DNA of 64,000 bases from an uncultured SAR116 cluster alpha proteobacterium (GTDB lineage: Bacteria; Pseudomonadota; Alphaproteobacteria; Puniceispirillales; Marisalimonadaceae), in the NCBI GenBank assembly GCA_902548635.1, contig CACCSH010000005.1, positions 9,398 through 73,397 on the forward strand, written 5' to 3'. A program made the translations under genes and the position numbers. Shown one piece after another: positions 1-9,676 of the stretch. Position 1 is the stretch's first letter, and every line of letters begins with the position of its first letter. The notes beneath the pieces were generated by a model that did no database searches, had not been told where the DNA came from, and was given only the letters and a program-made list of their open reading frames with translations.

Positions 1-1772
1 GCGACATGACCACCTAATTTTTGTCTTAATGCTTCATGTAGTAAATGTGTTGCTGAATGATGTGAGCATAATTGTTTTCTGTGATCTAATTCAATTAATT
101 GTTTAATAATATCACCGCTTTGTAAGCTTCCTGATAAAACCTCTATAGTTGAAATAAATATATTTTTATTATTTCCAATATTAATTTTTTTGGTTTTAAG
201 AACATTTGCCTTAAATTCAACTCCTTCCAAGCTTCCTTTATCTGCAATTTGTCCTCCAGATTCTGCATAAAAAATAGTTTTGTTAAAAATGACATCAACT
301 TTATCACCGCATGAAATATTTTTTACTATCTCATTATTTTTAATAATTAAATTAATTTGAGTTTCTAATAAATTATTATCATATCCTTGAAAATCTGTGC
401 TAGGAAGTTTTAATAACACCTTTAAAATTTCTTGATTATATTGCTTATCACCCGATCCTGACCATGCTTGTCTGGCTTTATTTTTTTGGTTATTCATTGA
501 ACTTTCAAATCCTGAATGATCTACTGTCCATCCATGGGACCTCAATACATCTTCAGTTAAATCTATTGGAAAACCATAAGTATCATATAATTCAAACGCT
601 TTTTCACCAGAGAGAACACCTGAGGACACTTTCTCATCTATTTCGTTTAATAATAAGCTCATGCCTCTATCCAAGGTATCTTTAAATTTGATCTCTTCTT
701 CACGAATTGTTTTTTCAATGATTAATTTTTGAGTAACTAATTCAGGAAATGCTTCACCCATTTCTTTAATTAAATATTCTACTAATTTATATATGACCGG
801 ATCTAATGCACCAAGTAGATGTGTGTGACGCATAGCTCTTCTCATTATTCTTCTTAAAACATAACCTCTTCCTTCATTACTAGGTAATACACCCTCAGCA
901 ATTAAAAATGACATTGACCTTAAGTGATCTGCAACAACTCTATGAGATATGATATTATCTGTGTTTTCATCTGTGCTAGTTAAAAATGCTGAAGCGTTTA
1001 CAAGATTTTTCATCATATCTGTTTCATAATTATTATGAGTATTTTGTAATAGTGCAGATATCCGTTCTAACCCCATACCTGTGTCAATACTAGGTTTTGG
1101 CAAACTAATTCTTTTATAATTAGAAATTTGTTCATATTGCATAAATACCAAATTCCAAATTTCAATAAACCTGTCCCCGTCCTCGTTTTTAGAACCAGGA
1201 GGTCCACCTTCAACTGTATTACCGTGATCATAAAATATTTCAGAACATGGACCGCATGGACCTGTATCCCCCATACTCCAAAAATTATCACTAGTTTTAA
1301 TTTTAATTATCTTATCATCTTTAAAACCAGAAATTTTTTTCCATAGTTCTTCAGCTTCTTTGTCATTATGATAAATAGTTACCAGCAATTTTTCTTTTGG
1401 AATTGCATATTCTTTTGTTAATAATTCCCAAGCTTGATGTATGGCTTTTTCTTTAAAATAATCTCCAAAAGAAAAATTACCTAACATTTCGAAAAAGGTA
1501 TGATGCCTAGCTGTCCTACCAACATTCTCAAGATCATTATGTTTTCCACCTGCTCTTAAGCATTTTTGAGATGATACTGCCTTATTATATTCTCTATGTT
1601 CTAAACCAGTAAAAATATTTTTAAATTGTACCATACCAGCATTGGTAAATAGAAGAGTAGGGTCATTTTCTGGTACTAAATTACTAGAAGATATAACTTG
1701 ATGATTATTAGTTTTAAAATAATTAATAAAAGTTTTTCTTATTTCATTAACTGAATTTTTTTGGTTAATCAT
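1..1772 (-). CDS. alaS: Alanine--tRNA ligase (3' end runs off the window)
   Basis: Manual translation from ATG at 1772: MINQKNSVNEIRKTFINYF...DPTLLFTNAGMVQFK...GGKHNDLENVGRTARHHTFFEMLGNFSFGDYFK; later HSATHLLH motif. Absent from the ORF track because it is truncated. Confidence 0.97.
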   Translation of the reverse strand, partial: MINQKNSVNEIRKTFINYFKTNNHQVISSSNLVPENDPTLLFTNAGMVQFKNIFTGLEHREYNKAVSSQKCLRAGGKHNDLENVGRTARHHTFFEMLGNFSFGDYFKEKAIHQAWELLTKEYAIPKEKLLVTIYHNDKEAEELWKKISGFKDDKIIKIKTSDNFWSMGDTGPCGPCSEIFYDHGNTVEGGPPGSKNEDGDRFIEIWNLVFMQYEQISNYKRISLPKPSIDTGMGLERISALLQNTHNNYETDMMKNLVNASAFLTSTDENTDNIISHRVVADHLRSMSFLIAEGVLPSNEGRGYVLRRIMRRAMRHTHLLGALDPVIYKLVEYLIKEMGEAFPELVTQKLIIEKTIREEEIKFKDTLDRGMSLLLNEIDEKVSSGVLSGEKAFELYDTYGFPIDLTEDVLRSHGWTVDHSGFESSMNNQKNKARQAWSGSGDKQYNQEILKVLLKLPSTDFQGYDNNLLETQINLIIKNNEIVKNISCGDKVDVIFNKTIFYAESGGQIADKGSLEGVEFKANVLKTKKINIGNNKNIFISTIEVLSGSLQSGDIIKQLIELDHRKQLCSHHSATHLLHEALRQKLGGHV

Positions 1773-1842
1773 TTGCTAGACTGTATTATTAAGTTATATT
1801 CTTGATAGCACCAATCTAGCAAAAATTAAATCTACAGTATAT

Positions 1843-2913
1843 TTATTTTTCTTCCTCAGAATTTTGTTGCTCTGGGTTCATTAAAATCTCTTCTACTAAA
1901 ACAGAATTACCTTTTATTTTATCTTCTATCTCAAGAGCAATTTCAGTATTTTCGTTTAAGAATTTTTTAGCGTTTTCTCTTCCTTGACCAATTCTTTGAT
2001 CATTATATGAAAACCACGAACCAGACTTTTCTATTATATCTGCAGACACACCTAGATCAATAATTTCACCATTTTTAGAAATACCTTCACCATACATAAT
2101 ATCAAATTCTACTGTTCTAAAAGGCGGAGCCACTTTATTTTTAACAACTTTAACTCGTGTTTGATTCCCAATTATATCATCTTTATCCTTGATTGCACCT
2201 ATTCTACGAATATCAAGTCTAACAGATGCATAAAACTTAAGCGCATTTCCTCCAGAAGTTGTTTCTGGATTACCAAACATAATACCAATTTTTTGTCTAA
2301 TCTGATTAATAAATATGACTAAACAATTAGACTTAGATATAGATGAAGTTAATTTTCTCAATGCTTGACTCATCAATCTAGCTTGAAGTCCCATATGACT
2401 ATCACCCATATCACCTTCTAATTCAGCTCTAGGAACAAGAGCAGCAACAGAATCTACAACTAAAACAGATATAGCTCCTGATCTTACTAAAGTGTCAGCT
2501 ATTTCTAAAGCTTGTTCACCTGCATCAGGCTGTGAAATTAGCAAATCATCTATATTAACTCCTAATTTTTTAGCATATACTGGATCTAAGGCGTGCTCGG
2601 CATCTACGAACGCACATGTTCCACCTGCTTTCTGGGCTTCAGCTACAACATGTAAAGCTAAGGTCGTTTTGCCAGAACTTTCAGGACCATATATTTCTAC
2701 AATTCTTCCCTTTGGTAAACCACCAATGCCTAAAGCTACATCTAGTCCAAGAGAACCAGTAGAAATTGCCTGAACATCCAAATTTTCTCCAGATGTACCT
2801 AATTTCATAACTGAACCTTTTCCAAAAGCTTTTTCAATCTGCCCAATAGCAGATTCTAAAGCCACATTTCTATCTTTATCTTGACTAGACATTTTAATCA
2901 CCTCAGCATTCAT
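1843..2913 (-). CDS. recA: Recombinase RecA
   Basis: GPESSGKTT Walker [27 protein letters not shown]; GGAGG SD upstream of ATG. Confidence 0.99.
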   Translation of the reverse strand: MNAEVIKMSSQDKDRNVALESAIGQIEKAFGKGSVMKLGTSGENLDVQAISTGSLGLDVALGIGGLPKGRIVEIYGPESSGKTTLALHVVAEAQKAGGTCAFVDAEHALDPVYAKKLGVNIDDLLISQPDAGEQALEIADTLVRSGAISVLVVDSVAALVPRAELEGDMGDSHMGLQARLMSQALRKLTSSISKSNCLVIFINQIRQKIGIMFGNPETTSGGNALKFYASVRLDIRRIGAIKDKDDIIGNQTRVKVVKNKVAPPFRTVEFDIMYGEGISKNGEIIDLGVSADIIEKSGSWFSYNDQRIGQGRENAKKFLNENTEIALEIEDKIKGNSVLVEEILMNPEQQNSEEEK

Positions 2914-2978
2914 TATCTACCTCCTTACTGACATATGGTCAAAATAGTTTCAACTATTAATATTATTGAATATTAATA

Positions 2979-3007
2979 AGTATATTCACCTTTTGTTCTT
3001 TTGTCAA
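2979..3007 (-). promoter_or_regulatory. sigma70 promoter of recA (TTGACA-N17-TATACT)
   Basis: Minus strand TTGACA at 3007-3002, TATACT at 2984-2979, 17-nt spacer. Confidence 0.75.
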
Positions 3008-3012
3008 TAAAT

Positions 3013-3027
3013 GTTCTTGATCTGTTC
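3013..3027. promoter_or_regulatory. Alphaproteobacterial LexA (SOS) box GTTC-N7-GTTC; a degenerate second box ATTC-N7-GTTC lies at 2984-2998
   Basis: gttc-ttgatct-gttc just upstream of the recA -35; matches the known alphaproteobacterial LexA direct repeat. Confidence 0.85.
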
Positions 3028-3040
3028 TTTATACATAAAT

Positions 3041-3571
3041 TTATTCTTCTTTATGTATTTTTTCCATTTTTTCATGACGTTCTTGTGCATCAACACTTAA
3101 AGAGGCAATAGGCCTTGCTTTTAGTCGTCCCAGACCTATTGGTTCACCAGTGTCTTCACAATAACCATATGTTTTTAAATCAATTCTTCTTAAAGCTGCA
3201 TCAATTTTACTAATTAGTTTTCTTTCTCTATCACGTGTTCTTAATTGAATGGACGCGTCAGATTCTACTTGAGCTCTATCAGCTATATCTGGTCTTTGTA
3301 AACCTTCTGCAGAAAGATTATCTTTTGTGTCTGTAGCTTCATCTAATAAATCTAATTTCCAGTTAGTTAATTTTTGCCTAAAGAACTCTAATTGCTTATC
3401 ATTCATAAATTCTTCATCGTTGTTTGGGCTATAATCTTCTGGAAGCACTACTCGATTACCTAATATTCCACCCCTATTTGCACCTTTGCCAAAAGATTTT
3501 TTTTTTGATAATTTATTGATATTTGATGAATTCACTATGTTATTTCCATTATTAAATAAATAAAGTAACAA
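3041..3571 (-). CDS. dksA: RNA polymerase-binding protein DksA (start uncertain, may be ~3536)
   Basis: EEFMNDKQLEFFRQKL, DIADRA coiled-coil tip, YGYCEDTGEPIG...RP. Confidence 0.95.
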   Translation of the reverse strand: MLLYLFNNGNNIVNSSNINKLSKKKSFGKGANRGGILGNRVVLPEDYSPNNDEEFMNDKQLEFFRQKLTNWKLDLLDEATDTKDNLSAEGLQRPDIADRAQVESDASIQLRTRDRERKLISKIDAALRRIDLKTYGYCEDTGEPIGLGRLKARPIASLSVDAQERHEKMEKIHKEE

Positions 3572-3733
3572 ACTTATATAAAAACTTTAAAAAAATTCAA
3601 GCATGAAAATTAAAAATTTAATAAATTTTGAAAAGTGCTTAAATCGTAAACTTTATAATCATTTCAGAAAAAATAGGTTGTAAAAAAAATGTTTAATACT
3701 ATTTAGTAAATATAATAGAAATGGAAGTTCATA

Positions 3734-4954
3734 TTGAATTATTCAGAAAAATTTAAAGCTTCAATTGATAAATTGAAATTTGAAGGTAGATATCGCCATT
3801 TTAATGAAATTGAAAGGCATGCAGGTCTACATCCAATAGCTTCTTGGAAAGTTAATAATAAAAAATCTGACATTATAGTATGGTGTTCAAATGATTATTT
3901 AGGAATGAGCCAAAATGATCTAATCATTAATTCGATGATTAATGCTGTTAAAAACATGGGAACAAGTTCTGGAGGAACACGAAACATTTCTGGCAATAGT
4001 TCTGAAATTGTCAACTTGGAAAAAGAATTAGCATTCTTACACGGTAAAGAAAAAGCATTAGTATTTTCATCTGGATATGTAGCTAACGAATCTAGTATTA
4101 GTACTTTACTAAATATATTGGACGATGTTGTTGTGTTCTCTGATGAAAAAAATCATGCCTCTATAATTAATGGTATAAAGAAATCAAATGCAAAAAAAGA
4201 AATTTTTAAACATAATAATATATGTCATTTAGAAGAATTGATTAAAAATTATCCTATTCAAAAGCATAAAGTTATTATGTTTGAATCTGTTTATTCAATG
4301 GACGGAGACTTTGGTGACATTGAAAATATAGTTAACATTGCAAAAAAGTATAATGCACTAACTTATTTAGATGAAGTACATGCTGTTGGTATGTATGGAA
4401 ATACCGGCGCTGGTATAGCTGAAATGATGAATTTACAAAATTCAATAGATATAATCCAAGGTACACTTGGCAAAGCTTACGGGACTATGGGTGGTTATAT
4501 TTCATCTTCTCAAGAAATTTGTGATGCGATCAGAAGTTACGCTAGCGGTTTTATTTTTACTACAGCAATGCCACCTGCGCTGGCAAAAGCTGCAACTGAA
4601 TCTATTAAATATTTGAAAAAATCGAATTATGAGAGAATTTTACAAAAACAAAAAACAACAATGCTTAAGAATTATTTATCAAAAGAAAAGATCAATTATT
4701 TAGATCATAACTCACACATTGTGCCAGTAATGGTTAACAATCCAATTAGATGCAGTGAAATAAGTAATATTTTGCTAAATGACTTTGGACATTATATTCA
4801 ACCTATTAACTATCCAACAGTTCCCAAAGGCACAGAAAGACTTAGGATCACCCCAGGACCTCTTCATACAAATAAAATGATATCTGATTTAACTATCGCA
4901 CTTAAACATGCATTTAACAAAACAGATGATATTGTATATAAAAAATATGCATAA
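3734..4954 (+). CDS. hemA: 5-aminolevulinate synthase
   Basis: WCSNDYLGM, GGTRNISG, DEVHAVGMYG, GTLGKAYG PLP lysine, INYPTVPKGTERLR. Confidence 0.97.
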   Translation: MNYSEKFKASIDKLKFEGRYRHFNEIERHAGLHPIASWKVNNKKSDIIVWCSNDYLGMSQNDLIINSMINAVKNMGTSSGGTRNISGNSSEIVNLEKELAFLHGKEKALVFSSGYVANESSISTLLNILDDVVVFSDEKNHASIINGIKKSNAKKEIFKHNNICHLEELIKNYPIQKHKVIMFESVYSMDGDFGDIENIVNIAKKYNALTYLDEVHAVGMYGNTGAGIAEMMNLQNSIDIIQGTLGKAYGTMGGYISSSQEICDAIRSYASGFIFTTAMPPALAKAATESIKYLKKSNYERILQKQKTTMLKNYLSKEKINYLDHNSHIVPVMVNNPIRCSEISNILLNDFGHYIQPINYPTVPKGTERLRITPGPLHTNKMISDLTIALKHAFNKTDDIVYKKYA

Positions 4955-4974
4955 AAATTTATTAAGAGCTTAAA

Positions 4975-6006
4975 ATGGCTATAATTGATAAACCTAAAGA
5001 TCACCCATTTTTTCCTGAAAAAAATAACATCGGTATACTATTAGTTAATCTAGGCACTCCTGAAGGAACTGATTACTGGTCAATGAGAAAATATTTAAAA
5101 CAATTTTTAATGGATAAAAGAGTTGTCGATATTTTTAGACCTTTATGGTGGTTAATACTAAACGGACCTATATTAACCTTTAGACCTTCAAAATCCGGCA
5201 AAGCTTACCAAAAAATCTGGGATAAAGATAATCATGGATCCCCCCTAAGAAAATTTACAATAAATCAAACTAGTAAATTAAAGAAAATTTTTGAAAGTTA
5301 TAAGGATATTTCAATTGAATATGCAATGAGATATGGGACTCCTGAAATTGAGAAAACACTTAACAAAATGACTAAAAAGGGTTGTTCTAAAATTCTTCTT
5401 GTTCCTTTGTATCCTCAATATGCGGCTAGTACTTCTGCAACAGTTAAAGATGAGGTTTTTAAGTGGATGTTAAAACAAAGGTGGCAACCTGATCTTAGAA
5501 CCATAGCTCCTTGGTTTGATAATCATAATTATATTAAAGCTTTGGCCCAGACAGTAAAAAAACATATTATAAATAAAGATAAACTAGACAAATTAATCGT
5601 TTCTTTTCATGGTATCCCCAAGAGATATTTTATGGCTGGTGACCCTTATCATTGTCATTGTATAAAGTCAGCTCGACTTCTAAAGGAAGAGCTAAAATGG
5701 CCAGATGACAAAATTTTAGTAACATTTCAATCTAGATTTGGACCTGAACCATGGCTTCAACCTTATACTGACGAAACAATTATAGACCTGGCTAAAAAGG
5801 GTCAAAAAAATATTGCTGTTGTTGCTCCGGGATTTATATCAGATTGTTTGGAAACGCTTGAAGAAATTAATGTTGAAGCTAGAGAGTTATTTATTGAAAA
5901 TGGTGGGGAAAGTTTCGAGTATATTCCCTGTCTTAATGATAATAAATATTCAATCAAATTCTTGGAATATATTATTAAACAAAACCTTCTTGGGTGGAAC
6001 TCTTAA
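4975..6006 (+). CDS. hemH: Ferrochelatase
   Basis: LLVNLGTP, PLYPQY, SFHGIP, FQSRFGPEPWLQPYT, DCLETLEEI. Confidence 0.97.
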   Translation: MAIIDKPKDHPFFPEKNNIGILLVNLGTPEGTDYWSMRKYLKQFLMDKRVVDIFRPLWWLILNGPILTFRPSKSGKAYQKIWDKDNHGSPLRKFTINQTSKLKKIFESYKDISIEYAMRYGTPEIEKTLNKMTKKGCSKILLVPLYPQYAASTSATVKDEVFKWMLKQRWQPDLRTIAPWFDNHNYIKALAQTVKKHIINKDKLDKLIVSFHGIPKRYFMAGDPYHCHCIKSARLLKEELKWPDDKILVTFQSRFGPEPWLQPYTDETIIDLAKKGQKNIAVVAPGFISDCLETLEEINVEARELFIENGGESFEYIPCLNDNKYSIKFLEYIIKQNLLGWNS

Positions 6007-6092
6007 AAAATAAATTAGTTTTTTTGATTATATATAATTATAAAGTTGCTATTTACATTTTATATATAAACACTTATAAATCAATTATCTAA

Positions 6093-6166
6093 GCGGGTAT
6101 TGTGTAGTGGTAAGACCTTAGCCTTCCAAGCTAATGACGCGAGTTCGATTCTCGCTACCCGCTCCA
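6093..6166 (+). tRNA. tRNA-Gly(TCC)
   Basis: GCGGGTA...TACCCGC-T-CCA acceptor, anticodon arm TTAGC-CTTCCAA-GCTAA, GTTCGATT T-loop. Confidence 0.97.
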
Positions 6167-6184
6167 TCATATTTTAAAATAATA

Positions 6185-7060
6185 CTAAACTCGATTTTTT
6201 GTTTTTATTAAAAAATAGGTGCAAAACAAGCTTATTATAATAATAGTTCCGCCAAAAATTGTGTTTAATGAAGGATCTTTATCATACCATAAAAAATTTA
6301 ATATTATTGAAATTGGTGGAATTAAATAGAGAAATAATGAAGCTTTATTAGCTCCAAAGTAACCAACTGCATAAGTCCAGGTTAAATAACCTATTGTTGT
6401 AGGAAATAAAGAAAGCCACAAAAAAGCTATTTGGACTTCACTATTTGAATTAATTATAAAATGATATGTTTCTGGAAACCAAAAAATCATAGGTAAAGTT
6501 CCAAATAAAATCGTATAAGCAGCTGATGTTATGGCGCCATATATTAAAACCAATGGTTTTAATATATGAAAATAAATAGCAGTCAAAATTGCTGCAAATA
6601 GAATTAATGTTGAACCACTACCAAACTCTAATCCACCTTCTTGATCAATGGAAATTATACATACACCTAATAAACAAAAAACGACACATGACCAATGAAT
6701 AAATGAAACTTTTTGTTTTAAAATCAAAAAACCTATTAACACCGTAAACAAAGGATTACAATTTACTATGAAACTACTAGCACCAGCTGATACGTTTTGC
6801 TGACCATAGTTCAAGAATAAATTATATAAAAAAATACCTACAAATCCTGCAATGAAATATCTAAGAAAATGATTTAACCTAATTTTCTTCTTATAATTGA
6901 AAACACACCACAATAATGAAATGAATGCCGCTAATGAAAATCTACCTGCACCTAAAATTAATGGGGTAGAAGTTTCTAGTATAAATGACATTACAGGAAA
7001 AGAAGAACCCCAAAAGAATATAGTAGAAAAAATTGCCAAAATTGGGGCCGTGGTTTTCAT
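6185..7060 (-). CDS. EamA/DMT family transporter
   Basis: ~10 hydrophobic segments, FFWGSSF, two EamA-like halves. Confidence 0.88.
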   Translation of the reverse strand: MKTTAPILAIFSTIFFWGSSFPVMSFILETSTPLILGAGRFSLAAFISLLWCVFNYKKKIRLNHFLRYFIAGFVGIFLYNLFLNYGQQNVSAGASSFIVNCNPLFTVLIGFLILKQKVSFIHWSCVVFCLLGVCIISIDQEGGLEFGSGSTLILFAAILTAIYFHILKPLVLIYGAITSAAYTILFGTLPMIFWFPETYHFIINSNSEVQIAFLWLSLFPTTIGYLTWTYAVGYFGANKASLFLYLIPPISIILNFLWYDKDPSLNTIFGGTIIIISLFCTYFLIKTKNRV

Positions 7061-7083
7061 ATATGTGGCACTTCATTAGTTTT

Positions 7084-7809
7084 CTAATTTTTTGGAAGAG
7101 ATAATTTACCAAAAACATTATATTTTATTAACAGACTTTTAATAAAACCATTAACAATATTCTTTTTAATAAATTTATTAATAAAATTTGCAGCTTCTGT
7201 ATTATTTAATTTACTACCAATACATTGATTAATATATGTAAAGCTTTCATCTAAAATTAAACAATCTTCAGTTTTTTTAATATCGTCAGAAAGTTTGGGT
7301 CTTAGTCCAGCTAAAACTTCATATTGCTTTTCCTGAAAAATTGAAAAAGATTCATCAATTGACTTCGCTCTAATTAAATTTGCTTTTTTTATATTTTCGG
7401 TTAACCACAGGTCATAAGCACTTCTTTCTGCTACAGCTATTCTAATTCCTTCATTATCAATATCTTTTATAGTGTTAAAATTTAAATGTTTCCTTACTAA
7501 AAAAGTTGATTCTATTGATGTATAAGGAAAACTAAAGTTAATTGATTTTGCTCTTTCTGGCTCATTAGCAATATTACCAATATCCCATTTATCTTCAAAA
7601 ACAGCATCAGCTAATTCTCCAGGCCTGGAAAATGAAATCAATTCAATATCAACACCTAATTCATGAGCTAAAGCTTTTGCCATATCAGGAGAAACGCCTT
7701 GAGGATCTCCATTAGCTTCTTTACCAGTAACTAATAAAAAATTACTCATATTTATAGCAGCTCTTAGATGACCTCTAGGAGCAAGTTGTTTTAATATAAT
7801 TTCTGACAC
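7084..7809 (-). CDS. Family 3 (polar amino acid) substrate-binding-domain protein, orphan
   Basis: LAPRGHLRAAINMSNFLLV, G(V)SPDMAKALAHELGV, ERAKSINFS; no permease gene nearby. Confidence 0.8.
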   Translation of the reverse strand: MSEIILKQLAPRGHLRAAINMSNFLLVTGKEANGDPQGVSPDMAKALAHELGVDIELISFSRPGELADAVFEDKWDIGNIANEPERAKSINFSFPYTSIESTFLVRKHLNFNTIKDIDNEGIRIAVAERSAYDLWLTENIKKANLIRAKSIDESFSIFQEKQYEVLAGLRPKLSDDIKKTEDCLILDESFTYINQCIGSKLNNTEAANFINKFIKKNIVNGFIKSLLIKYNVFGKLSLPKN

Positions 7810-8021
7810 TTCAAGCCTTTTAAAAAATTATTAACAATTATTACACTTTTTACTCATTTGAAAGAAGAATTATCAAATAATATTTAATACAGCCAATCTC
7901 TTATTAATTTTTTGTTGATTAATAATTAGGCATTTTAATAAATAATGTTATAATTATTATGCATTTTTTTGTAAAAATTGAAAAATACCATATGTTATCA
8001 ATGTCGATTTAGGGGGTAATT

Positions 8022-9323
8022 ATGATTTGTTTTTCCAATTTTTTTTATTTTACTAAAAATTTTTTATTTATAGTTTTTTTTAGTATATTTTCTTATCCAG
8101 CGTTTGCAGACATAAATAATGGTGATACAGCTTGGGTACTAACATCAACAGCATTAGTATTATTTATGACTTTACCTGGTTTAGCTTTATTTTATGCTGG
8201 ATTAGTTAATTCTAAAAACGTTGTTTCAGTATTAATGCAACACTTTGCCCTTGCCTGTATGGTGTCAGTTATATGGATAATTTTAGGATATAGTTTAGCT
8301 TTTTCTGAAGGAAATGAATGGATTGGAGGATTTAGTAACATTTTTATGAATGCCATAAATGTTAACAGTCCCTCTGGAAGTATTCCCGAAAGCCTGTTTG
8401 CCACTTTTCAGATGACTTTTGCAATTATTACACCCGCATTAATGATAGGTGCTTTTGTTGAAAGAATAAAATTTTCAGCAATGCTTATCTTCTTAAGTAT
8501 GTGGTTACTAGTGGTTTATGTTCCGGTTACTCATTGGGTATGGGGAGGAGGTATTTTATCTTCTTGGGGTACAATGGATTTTGCAGGAGGAATTGTTGTG
8601 CATGCAACTGCTGGAACAGCCGCTTTAGTAACAGCTTTAACTCTTGGAAAAAGAAGAGGTTTTCCAAAATCTATAATACCTCCACATAGCCCTATTTTAA
8701 CAATGATAGGAGCATCAATGTTGTGGATTGGATGGTTTGGTTTTAATGCTGGGTCTGCTTTAGGTGCAAACGGAGGTGCAGGAATGGCGATGCTAGTTAC
8801 TCATATATCAGCAGCTACTGCATCATTAGTTTGGATGTTTATTGAATGGAGAAGATTTGGAAAGCCCTCTTTAATAGGTATCGTTACTGGAATGGTAGCT
8901 GGTTTGGCTACTGTAACTCCTGCCTCCGGTTATATAGGTGTTCCTGGTGGTCTGGTTTTAGGTTTCTTTGGTGGTTTGTTTTGTTATCTAGCTGTGGATT
9001 ATATTAGAGGCAAGCTTCAAATTGATGATAGTCTTGATGTATTTGCTGTTCACGGCGTGGGAGGAATATTAGGTACACTACTAGTAGCATTTTTGGCGAC
9101 ATCAACTTTTTCAGGCTTAGGACTAGCTGAAGGTCAAACTGCAGTTTCTCAATTTTTTGTTCAACTTAAAGCTGTCGTTTTAACTGTTGCTTGGACTTCT
9201 ATTTTTACATATTTAATTTTAAAAATAACATCGTTTATAGTTCCACTTAGAGTAGATGAGCAGGAAGAAATCGAAGGTTTAGACTTGCGCTCACATGGTG
9301 AAAAAGGGTATCATTCGGATTAA
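8022..9323 (+). CDS. amtB: Ammonium transporter
   Basis: GDTAWVLTSTALVLFMTLPGLALFYAG, FQMTFA, DFAGGIVVH, GWFGFNAGS, twin His, EEIEGLD; N-terminal signal-like segment. Confidence 0.97.
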   Translation: MICFSNFFYFTKNFLFIVFFSIFSYPAFADINNGDTAWVLTSTALVLFMTLPGLALFYAGLVNSKNVVSVLMQHFALACMVSVIWIILGYSLAFSEGNEWIGGFSNIFMNAINVNSPSGSIPESLFATFQMTFAIITPALMIGAFVERIKFSAMLIFLSMWLLVVYVPVTHWVWGGGILSSWGTMDFAGGIVVHATAGTAALVTALTLGKRRGFPKSIIPPHSPILTMIGASMLWIGWFGFNAGSALGANGGAGMAMLVTHISAATASLVWMFIEWRRFGKPSLIGIVTGMVAGLATVTPASGYIGVPGGLVLGFFGGLFCYLAVDYIRGKLQIDDSLDVFAVHGVGGILGTLLVAFLATSTFSGLGLAEGQTAVSQFFVQLKAVVLTVAWTSIFTYLILKITSFIVPLRVDEQEEIEGLDLRSHGEKGYHSD

Positions 9324-9334
9324 GGATTAAAATT

Positions 9335-9673
9335 ATGAAATATTTTATTGCTATAATTAAACCATTTAAATTAGACGACGTCAGAAATGCTCTAACAGAA
9401 ATTGGAGTTGAAGGTTTGACAGCCTCTGAAGTTCGTGGGTTTGGGAGGCAAAGAGGTCAAACAGAAATTTATAGAGGAGCAGAGTATAGTGTTTCGTTTG
9501 TACCCAAACTCAAAATTGAGATAGCTGTTCCAGACGAAATGCAAGAAGCTGTGCATGAAGCATTACTCCAGAGTGCTTCAACTGGACAAATAGGCGATGG
9601 AAAGATATTTGTCTTAGATCTTCACAGCGCGACTAGAATAAGGACAGGAGAAACTGAAAATAATGCATTATAG
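9335..9673 (+). CDS. glnK: P-II nitrogen regulator
   Basis: IIKPFKLDDV, GFGRQRGQTEIYRGAEY, TGQIGDGKIFV; adjacent to amtB. Confidence 0.92.
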   Translation: MKYFIAIIKPFKLDDVRNALTEIGVEGLTASEVRGFGRQRGQTEIYRGAEYSVSFVPKLKIEIAVPDEMQEAVHEALLQSASTGQIGDGKIFVLDLHSATRIRTGETENNAL

Positions 9674-9676
9674 GTG

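Noticed and set aside
464-1346. Short ORFs at 464-685, 1067-1291, 1128-1346 and similar short antisense or out-of-frame ORFs across the window
   Set aside because: They overlap well-supported genes (here alaS) and have no recognisable motifs.
6093-7809. Island integrated at tRNA-Gly (also checked tRNA-Ala and ssrA)
   Set aside because: No duplicated tRNA 3' end and no integrase seen by eye.
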